Source: Lytechinus pictus
Lineage: Eukaryota
NCBI RefSeq assembly: GCF_037042905.1
Contig: NC_087245.1
Location: forward strand, 29,886,001-29,950,000
Direction of reading: 5' to 3'
DNA length: 64,000 bases
Position numbers and translations under genes: made by a program. Below, in pieces: positions 49,126 through 61,719 of this stretch. Position 1 is the first letter of the stretch; the number at the start of each line of letters is the position of its first letter. The notes beneath the pieces are model-generated. The model was not told the origin of the DNA. It saw nothing but the letters and a program-made list of their open reading frames with translations, and searched no databases.

Positions 49126-50146
49126 CAGAGATGCCAACCCGAAAATTCATCCCAACTCCCGCCCTTACGATTACCATCCTTATCCTCCCGAAATTACGAT
49201 TTTTTTTGCATTGATCAAATTGGATTGGAAGTACATGTATCGTCTGCTAACTTTAGCATGTAGTAACTCCATTACGTTTCGCTGCTACTAAATTCTGTGT
49301 GAAAGGCAGACAAATAAGGAGCAGCGAAAAGCTGGTGCATGTGATATGCCCAACGGGAATCCACTGTGCACCAGGCCGGTAGGCCCGGCTAGCTTTGCGA
49401 GGCGTGTGCGCTCGCGGCCGCTGGATTTGTCGAGTTGTGCGATGGAATATCGGTGTGTGATTTCGGCGTATTGATGGGTTGATATTGACACGAAATGGCG
49501 GAAAATCAACAAAAAAAGACCAAGAAATGGTCTCAGAAGTATAAGACTGAATACAGTCTCCAGTACCCGTGTATTCGGAAGTCGGAAAGAGGAATCTACC
49601 ATGCATTTTGCACAATTTGCAGCGTGGACATTAAAGTTGAGCACGGAGGTCGTGATGATATTCGGAAGCACGTAGGGAGCAAACGGCATACGGACATTGC
49701 GAAGACGAGATCTTCGAGCTCCACTAGTACCCTGTTGACTTATTTCACCAAGCAAGGGACCAGCGAGGAGGAAGACGTTACCCGCGCTTTAATAATAGTA
49801 AAGAGGATAATTCCTCATTATTATAGTTGAACAGGTACTTTTCTTCTATTGTCCCCTCATTTTTTTTACATGTAAAAATGCATATTTCAATTATTTGATA
49901 TTTTTATTTTTATGTCAAAAAAGTGGGAACAATGTTTTTTTTAAAACATGTGAAATGCTCCAAAATAAGGGTCAGATTGCACCAGAGAGCATCTAGAAAC
50001 CCAGAGCTTCCAGGGCCCTAAGGCGGGCCCTCGACCCCGGCCGCAAGGGTCGAGCGCTCCGCGCTCGAGATGTGCGCTACGCGCACATAATTTGGTGTCG
50101 GTTGAAAATCCTCCCTAATTCTGATTTCCAAAAGTTGGCATCTCTG
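49126..50146 (+). mobile_element. Internally deleted hAT element with 6-bp TSD, inserted in the Penelope element
   Basis: 13-bp TIR CAGAGATGCCAAC; CGACAC at 49120-49125 and 50147-50152. Confidence 0.88.
49495..49830 (+). CDS. N-terminal BED-like zinc finger of a hAT transposase (truncated ORF)
   Basis: AFCTICSVDIKVEHGGRDDIRKHVGSKRH motif; AAATGGCG start; no catalytic domain follows. Confidence 0.7.
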   Translation: MAENQQKKTKKWSQKYKTEYSLQYPCIRKSERGIYHAFCTICSVDIKVEHGGRDDIRKHVGSKRHTDIAKTRSSSSTSTLLTYFTKQGTSEEEDVTRALIIVKRIIPHYYS

Positions 50147-51408
50147 CGACACTTTCACCAGCAACTCTTCCAGCCTTTCTCACCAAACCAAGGGCAACAT
50201 CACATGCACTACCACTAATGTTGTATATCTCATCACTTGTAGAGTTTGTAGGGTACAATACATAGGGGAAACCAAGACCACACTCAAGAAACGGTTCTAC
50301 GGGCACAGATCCACCATCAACACAGAAAAGCTGGACACTCCAGTTAGCCGCCATTTTAACCTTCCCAACCACTCCATCACTGACATGATGCTACAGGGCA
50401 TCAAATCTTTAGGTACCTGTCCTGACTCAGTCCGTACTAGCAGAGAGAAGTTCTGGATGAGATGACTTCGCACCACCCAACCTCATGGCCTGAACATCCA
50501 AGAGGGAACGACTGATTAGTCTTTTCTATCCACTTTCTATATATATATATATATTTTTTTTCCCCTCAGTTCTTTTAGATTAGTTATATTATAGTTTCTT
50601 CCTCTACATTCCTCCCATATCTCAATACAGGCTCAGCTCCTATTTTTGCTTTCCACATTCAGGCGATGTAATATATATATATATATTTTTTTTTAAAACA
50701 TATTTTTTCTCCACTCACCTCTTTTGGACTTACTATATATTTATTTTGTTTAGTTACATGTATGCTGTAGTTTCTTCATATACATTCCCCCTCTCTCATA
50801 CAACCTCGGCTTCTATATTTACTCTACCCTTTTAGGCAATATGCTTCTCCCTTTTCATATATACATGTCTTGTTTCTACTTTATAGCATTATGGTTTTTT
50901 CCCCTCACCCCTAGCGGATTTACAATACTAGTTACACTATATATTTATATATATGTGCATGTTTTGTTTTGTTTTGTTTTGTCTTTTTGCTTTTTCATTT
51001 ATACTTATGTCTTTTGCACATTATCAGTTGTTCCCCTTTCTTTCCCTTTTTTGCCCCCACTCTTATGCACCAGATTATTATGCCTTTCTTTGTAACCTGT
51101 TTGACCCACCTCTCACTAATTCTCTTGTTATTCATCATTTCCTCACACCCCCTATCACTGTTTTGTTCCAGATCCTGTTTGATGTTGCCTGCCCAATTGT
51201 CGTAATCCCTCACAGCTTAAGGTCTTTTACTGGCCTTACTTTACTGACTTCCCTTTGTGTCTGCCTACTCCCTTGCTTTCATCCCCTTCTCTAACCTGAT
51301 TGGTCATCACAACTCTCTAATGCCCTTTTTGTCTCCTTGTTTCTAGTGTTGCTGTTGCATGTCTATGGTCTATATTATGTTTGTTCCACTTTATATGTTT
51401 GTCATTTT

Positions 51409-51447
51409 GCCTCCGACAAAGATTCTGCTAGGATCGGAAGCTTAGGC
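51409..51447 (+). ncRNA. Core-mutated hammerhead-like motif in the Penelope pseudo-LTR
   Basis: Same fold as 20901-20939 but CCGACAA and GGAA in the core. Confidence 0.55.
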
Positions 51448-51551
51448 CCCTTTTGACTCTAATAAAAAAAATATTATTAGTATTATTATGTTGATGATGA
51501 ATGATGCTGCTGATTGTTATTGAGTTTCATTATTGTACATACTTTGTAAAG

Positions 51552-51760
51552 ACTTGTAGACCCCTACAGAGGGAGCCAGGCCAAGGAATGCCAGTTTGGC
51601 TGCAAGTTCCATACCACCAAACCAGATGTGAGGAGGGGAATGGATCAAGCCGATGAGGCACTCAAGAAAGAAAGGGAGGAAAGGATGAAACTTGTCGTCT
51701 GCCATGTTCCATCAGAAGATGAAGATGAGGAGGAGGAGGAGGACGAGATGGAGATTGAAG
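51552..51760 (+). CDS. MSH6: MSH6 exon 3, PWWP C-part plus acidic stretch
   Basis: LVDPYRGSQAKECQFGCKFHTTKPDVRRGMDQADEALKK..EMEIE resembles vertebrate MSH6; phase 2 in, phase 1 out. Confidence 0.92.
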
Positions 51761-52446
51761 GTGAATTTTATTCAGAGGATGAGTGAAGAGTCAACATGAT
51801 TTTTTTTTCTGCTGATATCTGTAGCTCTTATGTATACAACCTGGTTTACTTAATGAAATAATGTATTTTTAAATTTTTCCCTAATAAGCTGCATGATTGT
51901 TTGCAATATTTAGTTTTATATATTTCTAATAAAGATTGATCCCATTTCATTCAAAATGATAGAGCAATAGTGACCTCTATATCCATGTGTTACAAAAATA
52001 ATATTTTGTTGTTTATTTCTGGGGTATTCAGTAATGTCATTTCAGGGAAATTCAGAAATGGTCCCATGACATTTGCATCAGCCACAATTGCTCTGCTATA
52101 AAATCCACACACTAATAGGATGACTATAAACGTCAACCCTGGATTTTAGTATTCCCTACCCTAAACCTCACACTTAATCTGATATAAAACCCTATTGCAA
52201 ACCTAACCCTACATCTGAGATGAAATAAAGCCCAGAGTGATTGTCGCAGGGGCAAATGAAGTGTCACCACCGCAGAAATATCCCCTTATTTATTATTCTA
52301 CTGTCTTTTCTTCATGGGTGTTTAGTCGAGAGTCGATGATGCTCTGGGGTAAGGGGTATCCAGCCAAGTGTTTAGCTAATCTTGAAGTCTAAATCTTTTG
52401 AGATTTGCTCTTACTTGTCTGCTGACAATACTCTTACATTTGACAG

Positions 52447-52584
52447 ATGCAAGTGATGGCAGTGCAAGTGAAGACAACATCACAAGCAGTAAAAGAAAGC
52501 CAAGAGCAGCTGCTAAGAAAGCCATGAGCACACAGAAGAAGAAACGAAGGAGAATCATGGTTGCCTCTGACAGTGATAGTTCAG
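52447..52584 (+). CDS. MSH6: MSH6 exon 4
   Basis: KKKRRRIMVASDSDSS (NLS-like); CAG acceptor, GT donor; phase 1/1. Confidence 0.9.
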
Positions 52585-52635
52585 GTATACATACAATTTC
52601 AGTTTCTTATGTAGACTTTGTTTTTGTCATATAGT

Positions 52636-52786
52636 ATGATAAGAATGATGATGATGATGACGATGATGATGATGATGGTGTTGCTGACGATGATGACGAT
52701 GATAATGATGATGGTGTTGATGATGATGATGAAATTGATGATGATGATGATGGTGTTGATGATGATGATGAAATTGATGATGATGA
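52636..52786. repeat. (GAT)n microsatellite
   Basis: Direct reading. Confidence 0.95.
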
Positions 52787-52854
52787 TATCATTCAGTACT
52801 TGTATCCTGAATATCATGTAATTCAATATCTTTATGGGCTTCCAAAGGTCTTGA

Positions 52855-53025
52855 ATATTATTACCCTAGCTTAGCCCAGCAAGCCTTTTACAGTGCACAA
52901 GCATTTCTGGGTTGAGTGCAGCAAAATGTAGATCAATTTCTTACTGATGGAAATTTTGTCATGTGGCTAGGAATTGAACCCATGACCCTGTGTTTCACAG
53001 TCCACCAATTAATACACTGGGCCAC
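52855..53025 (-). mobile_element. Degenerate tRNA-derived SINE
   Basis: Minus-strand GTGGCCCAGTG and GGTTCAATTCCT boxes; body similar to other copies. Confidence 0.55.
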
Positions 53026-53184
53026 TCTCTACATGAAGACAATTGATGATCAACTGCAACTTGTACATTGCATGATCAGTAAATACTGCTCTAAGCGATT
53101 TATAAATGGCTTCGCAGGAGTACTTATTTTTCACTGTCTAATGTATTTACTGTACATGTATGTTTGACCTTTGATCTATTTTAG

Positions 53185-53297
53185 GAGATGAATTCAAACC
53201 TGAAAGTGATGATGAATCTGAAGGAGCCGAGAGCAGTGGAGTGGATGAAGATGACATCTCAGGACCTGAGACGGAGTCAGACCCTGAAACACCAAAG
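53185..53297 (+). CDS. MSH6: MSH6 exon 5
   Basis: DEFKPESDDESEGAESSGVDEDD..TPK; TAG acceptor, GT donor; phase 1 in, 0 out. Confidence 0.9.
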
Positions 53298-54069
53298 GTC
53301 GGTCCATTTGACTGAATAACAGGCTGTTTTTTTTTTAACCCTTTCATCAATTCAGCTTCCAATAATTGCAAATATCAGATACAAAATTACAAGTGATAAA
53401 TCAATTTCCACTGAAGCAAATGGATTTATGATTGTTGATGCACAAAGCAGACCATCAATCAATCAAACATACTTGATGCTGTTGTTTAAGTTTAGAATGA
53501 AGTTATTTTTACTGGTTAAGTTTGTGATTGTAATTTGTATTTGTGAATTTATTGACTTTGTGAGGGCATTGATAGCCCTCACAAGGCTGAAATTAATTAC
53601 TATTGTGGACAATCTATCTGACACATCTTACCTTAATTTAATGAAAATGTGAAATTACAAAGTTTGACGGGTGTGAATTATAGACACTGCAAGATAATTG
53701 ATAACTGCCCATACTTGCACAGCACAAAATAAGGGTAAGCAAAGGGATTTCTACCATAAAATACCTTCACAAATTTTAAGTTTGGTCCTGATGCTTGTAT
53801 ATTGCAGCTGCTACAGTAGCATTGAAATTCTATGCTTCAGGTGAAATAAAAATTGAATTAGAAAACCTGAATGTAATACCGACATTGTGATAAGAATTTT
53901 GTTATGTGCTTTAAATACATTGTTCAGTGTTCTTTAATATCATTGCATAGTGCAGAGGAAAGTCAATTTTTTCATATCCTAAATGCTAGTATCATTTTAT
54001 CAAAGAAATATGAGATACATCCCCGCGGTTAATTTGTTAATACCTTCACTTCTTCATTCATAATTATAG

Positions 54070-54270
54070 AAAGCTAAAAAGCGAAAGAGGGGTTCCACTT
54101 CAACTGTCACTCCTTCCACGAAAAAGCCTGCAACGAAGGGTCGTAGCGTACTAACTCCATCTTCTATGGCACGCCCAGATTCGGCTACCCCACCCCCTAA
54201 GAAGACGTTTGGCACACCGTCTGTCAGCTCGTCCACCAAAGCTAAGCTCTCTGCATTCCAGTCTCCTTCT
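54070..54270 (+). CDS. MSH6: MSH6 exon 6
   Basis: KAKKRKR...STKAKLSAFQSPS; TAG acceptor, GTGAGT donor; phase 0/0. Confidence 0.9.
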
Positions 54271-54540
54271 GTGAGTTCACATGTTTTATTCTAATCTAAC
54301 AAATGTCAAATTATTTGTTGAACAGATGAAAAATTTGATTTCCGCTGATTTTTTGTTATTTTGATAAATAAGAGATATGTTGAATTTCTATGTATCACAG
54401 ATTATCACAGAATAAAAATAAGGTAGAAATTGTAGTTTCATAACAGAACATGTGCATATATGCTATTGTGAAAAATATAGTAAAAATGAGCGATTTTTTT
54501 TGAAAATGCTATGAAATTAGCAATTAGCATTGATATTTAA

Positions 54541-56908
54541 AGGACAACAAAAAGTTGATTTGAATAAAAAGAGAAAAATCCAACAAGCATAACACTGAAA
54601 ATTTCTTCAAAATCGGATGTAAAATAAGAAAGTTATGACATTTTAAAGTTTCGATTAATTTCTCAAAACAGATGCACATCCTGGTCGGTATGCAAATGAG
54701 GAGACAGATGACTCATCCACTCACTATTTCTTTTGTATTTTAACATATGAAATATTATGATTTTCTCCACATTGTCAAGTGAAACTAGTGCTGCCACCAA
54801 ACGGATATCTGAACGGTTTCCGCCCGCGTGGACGGATAACGGTTTTTATTTTTCGGGTTCGGGTATCCGTGGACTCACCAACAAAATTTTTAAGTTATAG
54901 TCGCCAATAAAGGCAATATAATCACCAATATCAATTAGTCTTCTCCAGGAATATATTCCCGCCGAAAACCATCGGTTTTAATTCAGTTTTGAAACATGAC
55001 CTTATATCAGTTTTGGAGCATGACCGTCCGTGAATGGAGTAAAGTTCCGTTCTGACAACGATGGCGATTTTACTATGGTGTCGCTTAAGATCGTTTTTCT
55101 TTCCCGTCTTATGTTTTGATGATTTCAAATGCGTAACTCATCGTATATTGAACTTTAAACGATAGTTGTTAGAATGAAGGGATTAAATCATTAAAGTAGA
55201 TTAAACATTTAAACAGCATTATTTTTAAGTTAAAAGTGTGGAGGAATCCTTGAGAACGTATTTCCCTCCTATCAAAATATCCTTGACTGGCATGAAGTTG
55301 ACCTAGAAATAAATCTAAAAATGCCTGTTAATCGAGGCATCTGTTCAGCTCACCAACTCAATTTCATTTCAACTTCTGTTTTAATGTGTACTGTCAATTA
55401 TTATGATACTGATTTACTGGTGATTATGATAATGGCGGACTTTGTGATGAATGATAATGAGAGTGAAACTGAAATGAATGACGATGATGAGTGATGGCTA
55501 GTGAAAATGATTTTAAATGATTATCAAGATTGGTGAAGATGATAGCGATGAATGATGATGAGAATTATGAAAGAATGATAATTGTCAATTGAAAATCTCT
55601 TTCATGAATTAATATTTAATATATAAATTACAAAACACACATTTTCCTTTATTTCAGTTTAAATGGCATATCCACTATAAATTTTGATATCCATCATCAC
55701 GTAAATAACAATACTTAAAAGGCGGTATCGTGCCAGAAAGGTTTATGATGTGCGCCTGCCGAGTATGTGGTCGGTTGTGAATCGACGTGTTTTGCAGTAA
55801 AACTTACTGCATGTAAGTGATTAGTTACTGTTACTGTGATTAAATCTTGTCTTGAATTCTTTGTTAGAAGTGTGATTATGTTTCAGAAGTTGAGAAATGA
55901 GAAGCTTGGCTATAATTTGGGGAATGGGGAGAAACCCGACATGAAATGAAAATATTTCAAGTACGATCCCATTTGAAGGTGTAGCGAGTGTAATGTGACC
56001 AAATATATATCAGACGATTCACTCCAGACACGTCCAGACAGGACAGCACGTGCGTGAGCTGAATGATGTAGGCCTGTCTGGTTTTAGACTTTTAGTAATA
56101 GTAGACTCGCACTTACACTCGCCTCAGTCAAATTCATTGCATCTTATTTCATTCGATCGGAACAAAAAAATAAACACACATACTCTCGCAACCGTTAAAT
56201 GGGATCGTAACGAGGCCCGACTTGTATAACTCAAATAATAGTCATTTACTAATAGCTTACACAGTCATACAATTTACATTTGTAGCCGTAGCCTCGCGCT
56301 AACTCACATTAGTCAAATCCTATTGCAAAACAGATTCAACCCAAAATATTCAGCTTCTCGTAATTTCATGGTTTTCAGAAATAATTTAATTAGCGCACGC
56401 AGACCCTCGCCATCATTGGATAGGTTCAAAACTCAAATATAACTGAAAATCTGAAATATAACTCAAATAAGTGCAAATGGATATTTTTTATATTTCAGGG
56501 TAAAATTTCGTATACTTGTCCGCCGTCTGGTTTTCAGTGTCGGGTATCCGAATATTGAAATATCCGTTTCAAGTCAGGCCTAAGTGAAACAATGATTAAT
56601 TCCTCCATGAACATGTGGAATTAGCATTGTTTAATACTATATGGTTCAGTCAAGTTGGTCATTATTGTCAAATTTGTAAAAAACGAAATATTGTATAATT
56701 CAAACAAAAGAAAACAAAATAAATAGTTAGTGAGGGACATCATCCACCATCTCATTTGATTGTCACTGTTTTGTGAAAAATAAGTGAAACTTAAAAATGT
56801 CATAACTTTCTTATTTTACATCTGATTTTGATGAAATTTTCAGCATTATGCTAGTTTGATTTTTCTCTATTTATTCAAATCAACCTTTTTCTGGGGTGGA
56901 CTTGACCT
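54541..56908. mobile_element. Kolobok-like MITE (family of 22805-23392) split by a hAT-like insertion
   Basis: TTAA at 54537-54540 and 56909-56912; both halves align to 22805-23392. Confidence 0.85.
54786..56582. mobile_element. 1.8-kb hAT-like non-autonomous element
   Basis: TAG..CTA termini; 8-bp TSD AGTGAAAC (54778-54785, 56583-56590); CGGATA/TATCCG subterminal repeats. Confidence 0.85.
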
Positions 56909-57516
56909 TTAAATAGAGAAGATTTGAAGTTTTAATTTTTTTCATAAAAAAAATCCTGAGCAGATAATCATTGGTCACTCTACTCGAGTAAAGATACAAT
57001 ACTATTGAAATATGAATGATTTGATTGTCACATTTTTATGTCAGTTTTATTCTTTGTAGGTTTTGAAAGTCTGGAGAAGGTTATGCCATTCAACCATTAT
57101 AAGATAGTCATATTTCTATAATCGGAATGTGCATGGCTTGCTAATGTTTTTATTTATGACCGGTCTTGCCATAACCTTTAATTGCAATTTTCCATTTTAA
57201 TACATATTCACATTTTCAGATGTTTTTATTTTTTTGCTGTATTGACATTTTTATACTTTAATACTCTGCCTTATTGCTTATTTTTTATTCCTATTTTTAT
57301 TTTTTTCTTCTTTTTTGTAATTTTTTTTTTAATGTGATGAATGTGTAAATATGGTACATATAATTTTTTGATTTTTTCAATAAAACATACAAATATATAT
57401 TTATAGAAATCAGTACAATGTCATATTTTGTAGTGATGGTTTGCAAAGTTCTGTTTACCTGAAAGCATTTAAAAATAGTCTGTTCCAAATAAAAAAAATC
57501 TTTTCTTTTATAACAG

Positions 57517-57605
57517 CCTTCTCCGTCTCCAACCCCTGCATCTGAATCAGACGTAGCACGCTTTCCACATCAGCGACAAGAATGGCTTAAACCAGGCAAA
57601 AGAAA
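57517..57605 (+). CDS. MSH6: MSH6 exon 7
   Basis: RFPHQRQEWLKPGKRK; CAG acceptor, GTATGT donor; phase 0 in, 2 out. Confidence 0.93.
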
Positions 57606-58449
57606 GTATGTTTATCATATCTTTCATTATATGATAACTAGATAGATCCTTGTCATTTTTGGTTGATTGGTTGTTTGATATCGATCATTCAGCCCATCTT
57701 AGCTTTTGAGTTTCTTCGATACAAGTCTATTCTCTTTCAAGCAGGGATTTGCATTTCACTAGTCTTTTTTGGGCATGATTGAATGTCAGTAGATAGTGAT
57801 GTTCATTTTGATATGCTCTTTATAAAAACAGTGAAACCTGTGTTAGAGGCCACCTACTTAGAGTAAAAACATGTCTTTTTTGGCCACCAAAATTGTCTCC
57901 CATTTGAGAAATATGTTCAAAAGAACCTGTCCATAAAAGCCATATATGTCTAGGAAACTTTGTCTGTTTCCTGTAGGTGGCCTTAATAGAAAGAGAGGTT
58001 TGACTTTAGTAAATTTCCACTTTTTTTCAATAGTACAATTCATAATTATGTGTATAAAATATAAGCACATGAACACGGGAATAATTCCTTAGTATATTAC
58101 ATTTCAAACGTAGCTATTCTAAGCTTTCACAGTATAGATAATTTTCCACCTAACCAACTTCACAAAAACAGAGCTATTTGTAATGTATTTTATCATTTCT
58201 GAATCAGAGCAGCATTGCATCAGCTTTGAAAAACAGGTGGGAATGTCCTGGGTGTTTGTAAATATCGATGGAGCTATTTCCTGCTGTGTCCATTTCAACA
58301 TTTCATCCTTTTGTTCTGGGAAGTAAATTTCAGATTCTAGAAGATGGATCACTTGTAGATTTCTACCAATTAAAATTCTCTGATGTACCTTACAGGAACT
58401 GAAATGAACTATTACTGTGTAAACAAGTTGGAATGTAAACCTTTAGAAT

Positions 58450-58712
58450 GATTATTATAGGCATAGACACAGTGCCATCTATCTAGAAATAATCTACTCT
58501 GAAGAGTGCTATCAGTATTTCCCTGGCTGTAGCTCGAGCTGCTGTTTTCAGCGCTGTGCATTCAAGGAATTAATCCTCCAGGTACCCATTTTCGCACTGG
58601 AGCTGAGTGCAGCACATTGTGGGTACTTTTTTTTTGCTGAAGGAAAACATGGCTGGGATTTGAACCAACACCTGTATGATTGAAAGATGAGATTCTAAAT
58701 CACTAGACCACA
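58450..58712 (-). mobile_element. tRNA-derived SINE (family of 3501-3784)
   Basis: Collinear similarity including CCCTGGCTGTAG, GCATTCAAGGAAT, GGTACCCATT, GCTGAAGGAAAAC, CACTAGACCAC. Confidence 0.8.
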
Positions 58713-58984
58713 AAAAACTTGTGTTGATTCATAAAAGCCAAGAAATTTGTAGAATTTGAATTCAGGGTAAAAAATATACAATAAAGATTTTTCAAAAAGT
58801 GCTACAGTGTATATTTGTAAGAGCAATGATAATTATGATGGCACCACAAATTAATGTTTAACATTATTTTCCTCACAGATATTGATGCCTTTCATATTGT
58901 AAGACATGCAGAGTTTGAAACATTATCAATCTTTTGGTGTTATGGGACATCATGATTTTTCTTTTTATGTGTGTGTGTATTTAG

Positions 58985-59072
58985 AGACATCAAAGGCAGA
59001 CCAGAGCATGACCCTGAATATGATCCCAGTACTCTCTTCGTACCAAAGACTTTCTTGGATAAATGCACCCCT
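58985..59072 (+). CDS. MSH6: MSH6 exon 8
   Basis: DIKGRPEHDPEYDPSTLFVPKTFLDKCTP; TAG acceptor, GTAAGT donor. Confidence 0.97.
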
Positions 59073-59579
59073 GTAAGTATCCAGTTTCTGCTTAATTTGA
59101 TTTTAAAAAAATATCAGAAAATCATTATGAATAATGTACAGAACTTGTTCAGTTTTCTTTAAGATTCAAGCTACTTTTCATCATTTTATATATTCCGATG
59201 GTATCCAAGTTGCCATTTTAACGAGTATAACAAATCATATCTTGGGGTAGACTGTCACATAGAAATTTAAACAACCGATGTATTGTTTTTTTTTTCACAA
59301 ATTTTTTTTGTTTCCATTGAGGCAGTCTAAGGAAATGATGGAGGTAGTGAGAGAGAGGGACAGAGAGAGAATACGGGGGGGGGGGGGGGGGGGGCAGACT
59401 GAAAAGAAAAGTCAGATAAAAAAAATGAGGATAAAGAGAAATATTTCCCGTACTTTAAGATTTACCATTGCATCGATGTCTCAATTGCCTTAGGATTTTG
59501 TCACTAATTTAGTTATGATGTATTTGAAACAGTTATTTATGTTAAAGCTTTCTATACCTTTGTCTTGATTTTCATTCAG

Positions 59580-59639
59580 GCTATGAGACAATGGTGGGAG
59601 ATGAAATCCAAGTATTATAATGCTGTTCTTTTCTTTAAG
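59580..59639 (+). CDS. MSH6: MSH6 exon 9 (MutS domain I)
   Basis: AMRQWWEMKSKYYNAVLFFK; CAG acceptor, GTGAGA donor. Confidence 0.97.
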
Positions 59640-60907
59640 GTGAGATCATATGCAATGCATCTTGTGAATCTTGGGGAAAATGCAGCCGTGGGTATATTTG
59701 CAACTGCATTGTTTAACCCTTGGCACGCGTACTTGCACCAATGCACATTCGGTGCCGCGTGAACCTCGTTTTTCACTCTCAAACAATCCATTGTTTCCCT
59801 CCCTGAAAATAATAAGCCAGTTCATGGTTAGCTCATGATCAACTTTTCTCAAATGACCTTTGTGATTTTTCATTAGGATAAGCACTTTCATAATTTTCAA
59901 ATGTAGATGTTGCATAAGCTTTACCGGGAGAGTATTCAAATTCTAAGAGCAAAAGGCATTGTATAGACCAGGTGACTAGAATAGTACATAAGGGATAAAG
60001 TTTGGAAATCTGTTTTATTGTCTGCCTTTGGCACATTTGACTATTGTTTAGGCTACTGTCAAATACCAGTTATTATGAAGGCTCTATTTATTACTCTTCA
60101 GCTTGGATACATGTGATAAAATGAATATTTTGAAAGGAATACATGAATAATCATCAAATCACAAATGCCTATGTCAGTGAATTTGAAAGCCACCTTCATG
60201 GTTGTCTCCAATGACCTTTTTCTGCTCGTGCGCAGTTTACAACCGTGAACAGGCTAATTCAGGACAGAGGGGTTCATGGCCCAGTGCACAAAGAGTTAAC
60301 ATTTAAAGGAAAGTTCAGAGCCTGTCTCAACCTTAGATAGACTGGGTTATTTTGACGCCTAAGAAGACTAGAATGATTAATTAGATGGACATCCTGTTAA
60401 TGATTACCTAATGATTACCTAAATTGTGTAGAATGTCTAGTTTGGAACGGAATATAAAAAAGGTTCAGCTCGCGCTTCGCGCTCGGATCGAATAATTTTT
60501 AAGTGCCCATCCTGTTCATGATTACCAATAATGCTTAGAATTTCCAAACTTTGGGTCATTTTGGAATATAGACAATTTTCAGCTCGCCCTGACAGATAGA
60601 GAGATACCCATCCTGCTCATGCTTACAAAACTTCTCAGAATATTCTATTTCCAGGTCTATACACAAGCTATCAAAAATCGCGTTCGCATTATTTTTTTGG
60701 ACTTATGAAATAAAACTCCCTTAACCATGTTAACTTGTTTGTATGAATAAAGTTAAGATGTTAATAAACGCATTAGTCTTAAGTAAGAACTACACCCTAG
60801 GAAACAACAAAAATCAGCATTTAACTCCCCATGATAATACTGATAATAATGATAATAATAATAATTTTACCCAAGTTAGCCGCTGGTAAAAGGGCAATGT
60901 CTGTGCT

Positions 60908-61503
60908 TCCTGGTCACATTTGTTCTTTAAAAAAAGTGGTATTACATCATATTCATGGATAGAAATTACTTTTTATCAAGTCATCATTAAAAAAGTGGTC
61001 TGCAGTTGCCCTTTTTCATGTGATTATGATAATTCAACATGCATTTAAGGCACCTGTTTGCCTGACGAGGAGGGGTCGCCATTTTTTTTCTGAAAAGTAC
61101 ACATGAATATGGGCCAAAATTATAGGTCGGGCCCCCGAGGTGCAAAATTATAAATACGCGCCTGGTGGCTCCCGAGCAGATAACACAAAAGGAGAAGGGG
61201 AAAGGAGGGAAGAAAAACACGAGGGCAGCCGCACGGCCACCGTACGCTCGACGTACGGCCGCCGTAGACCGTTCTACGCCATGCCTACGGCTAGTCTAAT
61301 TTCTACGGCGAGCGTAGAAAAGAAAAAATGTTATAACTCCGAGTTAAAATTCTACGGCCACACCTACGGCCTGTAAAAAGTAGGAATCCGCCGTACGTCG
61401 ACCCTGCGGCCACCGCAGATTTTCTGCGGCCGCCGCAGAAATCTCTCGAATTCAGGTATCTACGGCCACCGTACGGCCGCCGTAGAGCAAATGTGACCAA
61501 GGT
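60908..61503. mobile_element. Probable Harbinger-like MITE with TACGGC subrepeats
   Basis: IR TGGTCACATTTG(T/C)TCT / AGAGCAAATGTGACCA; many TACGGC/GCCGTA units in 61230-61485. Confidence 0.55.
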
Positions 61504-61644
61504 TTTATTGTTCGTTTTGGGGTGGCAGGTAAAAAAATGTATGCTCATTTAATTTCAGTGTCACTAGTATTCCCTTTCCCTCTATATTGTAGAGAGATAT
61601 TTTAATTTACTTTATTCATTTCCTTTACCTGTGTGTCTTTTCAG

Positions 61645-61719
61645 ATGGGAAAATTCTATGAGCTGTATCACATGGATGCAGAGGTAGCCGTCAAAGAGCT
61701 TGGACTCATCTACATGAAG
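61645..61719 (+). CDS. MSH6: MSH6 exon 10, mismatch-recognition Phe-X-Glu motif
   Basis: [28 protein letters not shown] acceptor, GTGAAT donor. Confidence 0.98.

Larger units (their letters stand above)
46525..51460 (+). mobile_element. Penelope-like retroelement (RT plus GIY-YIG), disrupted, in MSH6 intron 2
   Basis: LLSKGLKFCPTP, PKIHKPGNPGRPI, GTAMGTRMAP, WWRYIYDIF, YTKPTD; GIY-YIG region NVVYLITC..C..QYIGET and HGLN at ~50215-50500; pseudo-LTR tail. Confidence 0.93.

Noticed and set aside
50841..51294. Hydrophobic membrane-protein-like ORFs (also 12843-13070)
   Set aside because: They arise from T-rich low-complexity UTR or repeat sequence, with no splice or domain support.
52599..52826. 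Poly-Met/Ile/Ser ORFs (also 63215-63445 and 38104-38334)
   Set aside because: Translations of trinucleotide microsatellites.
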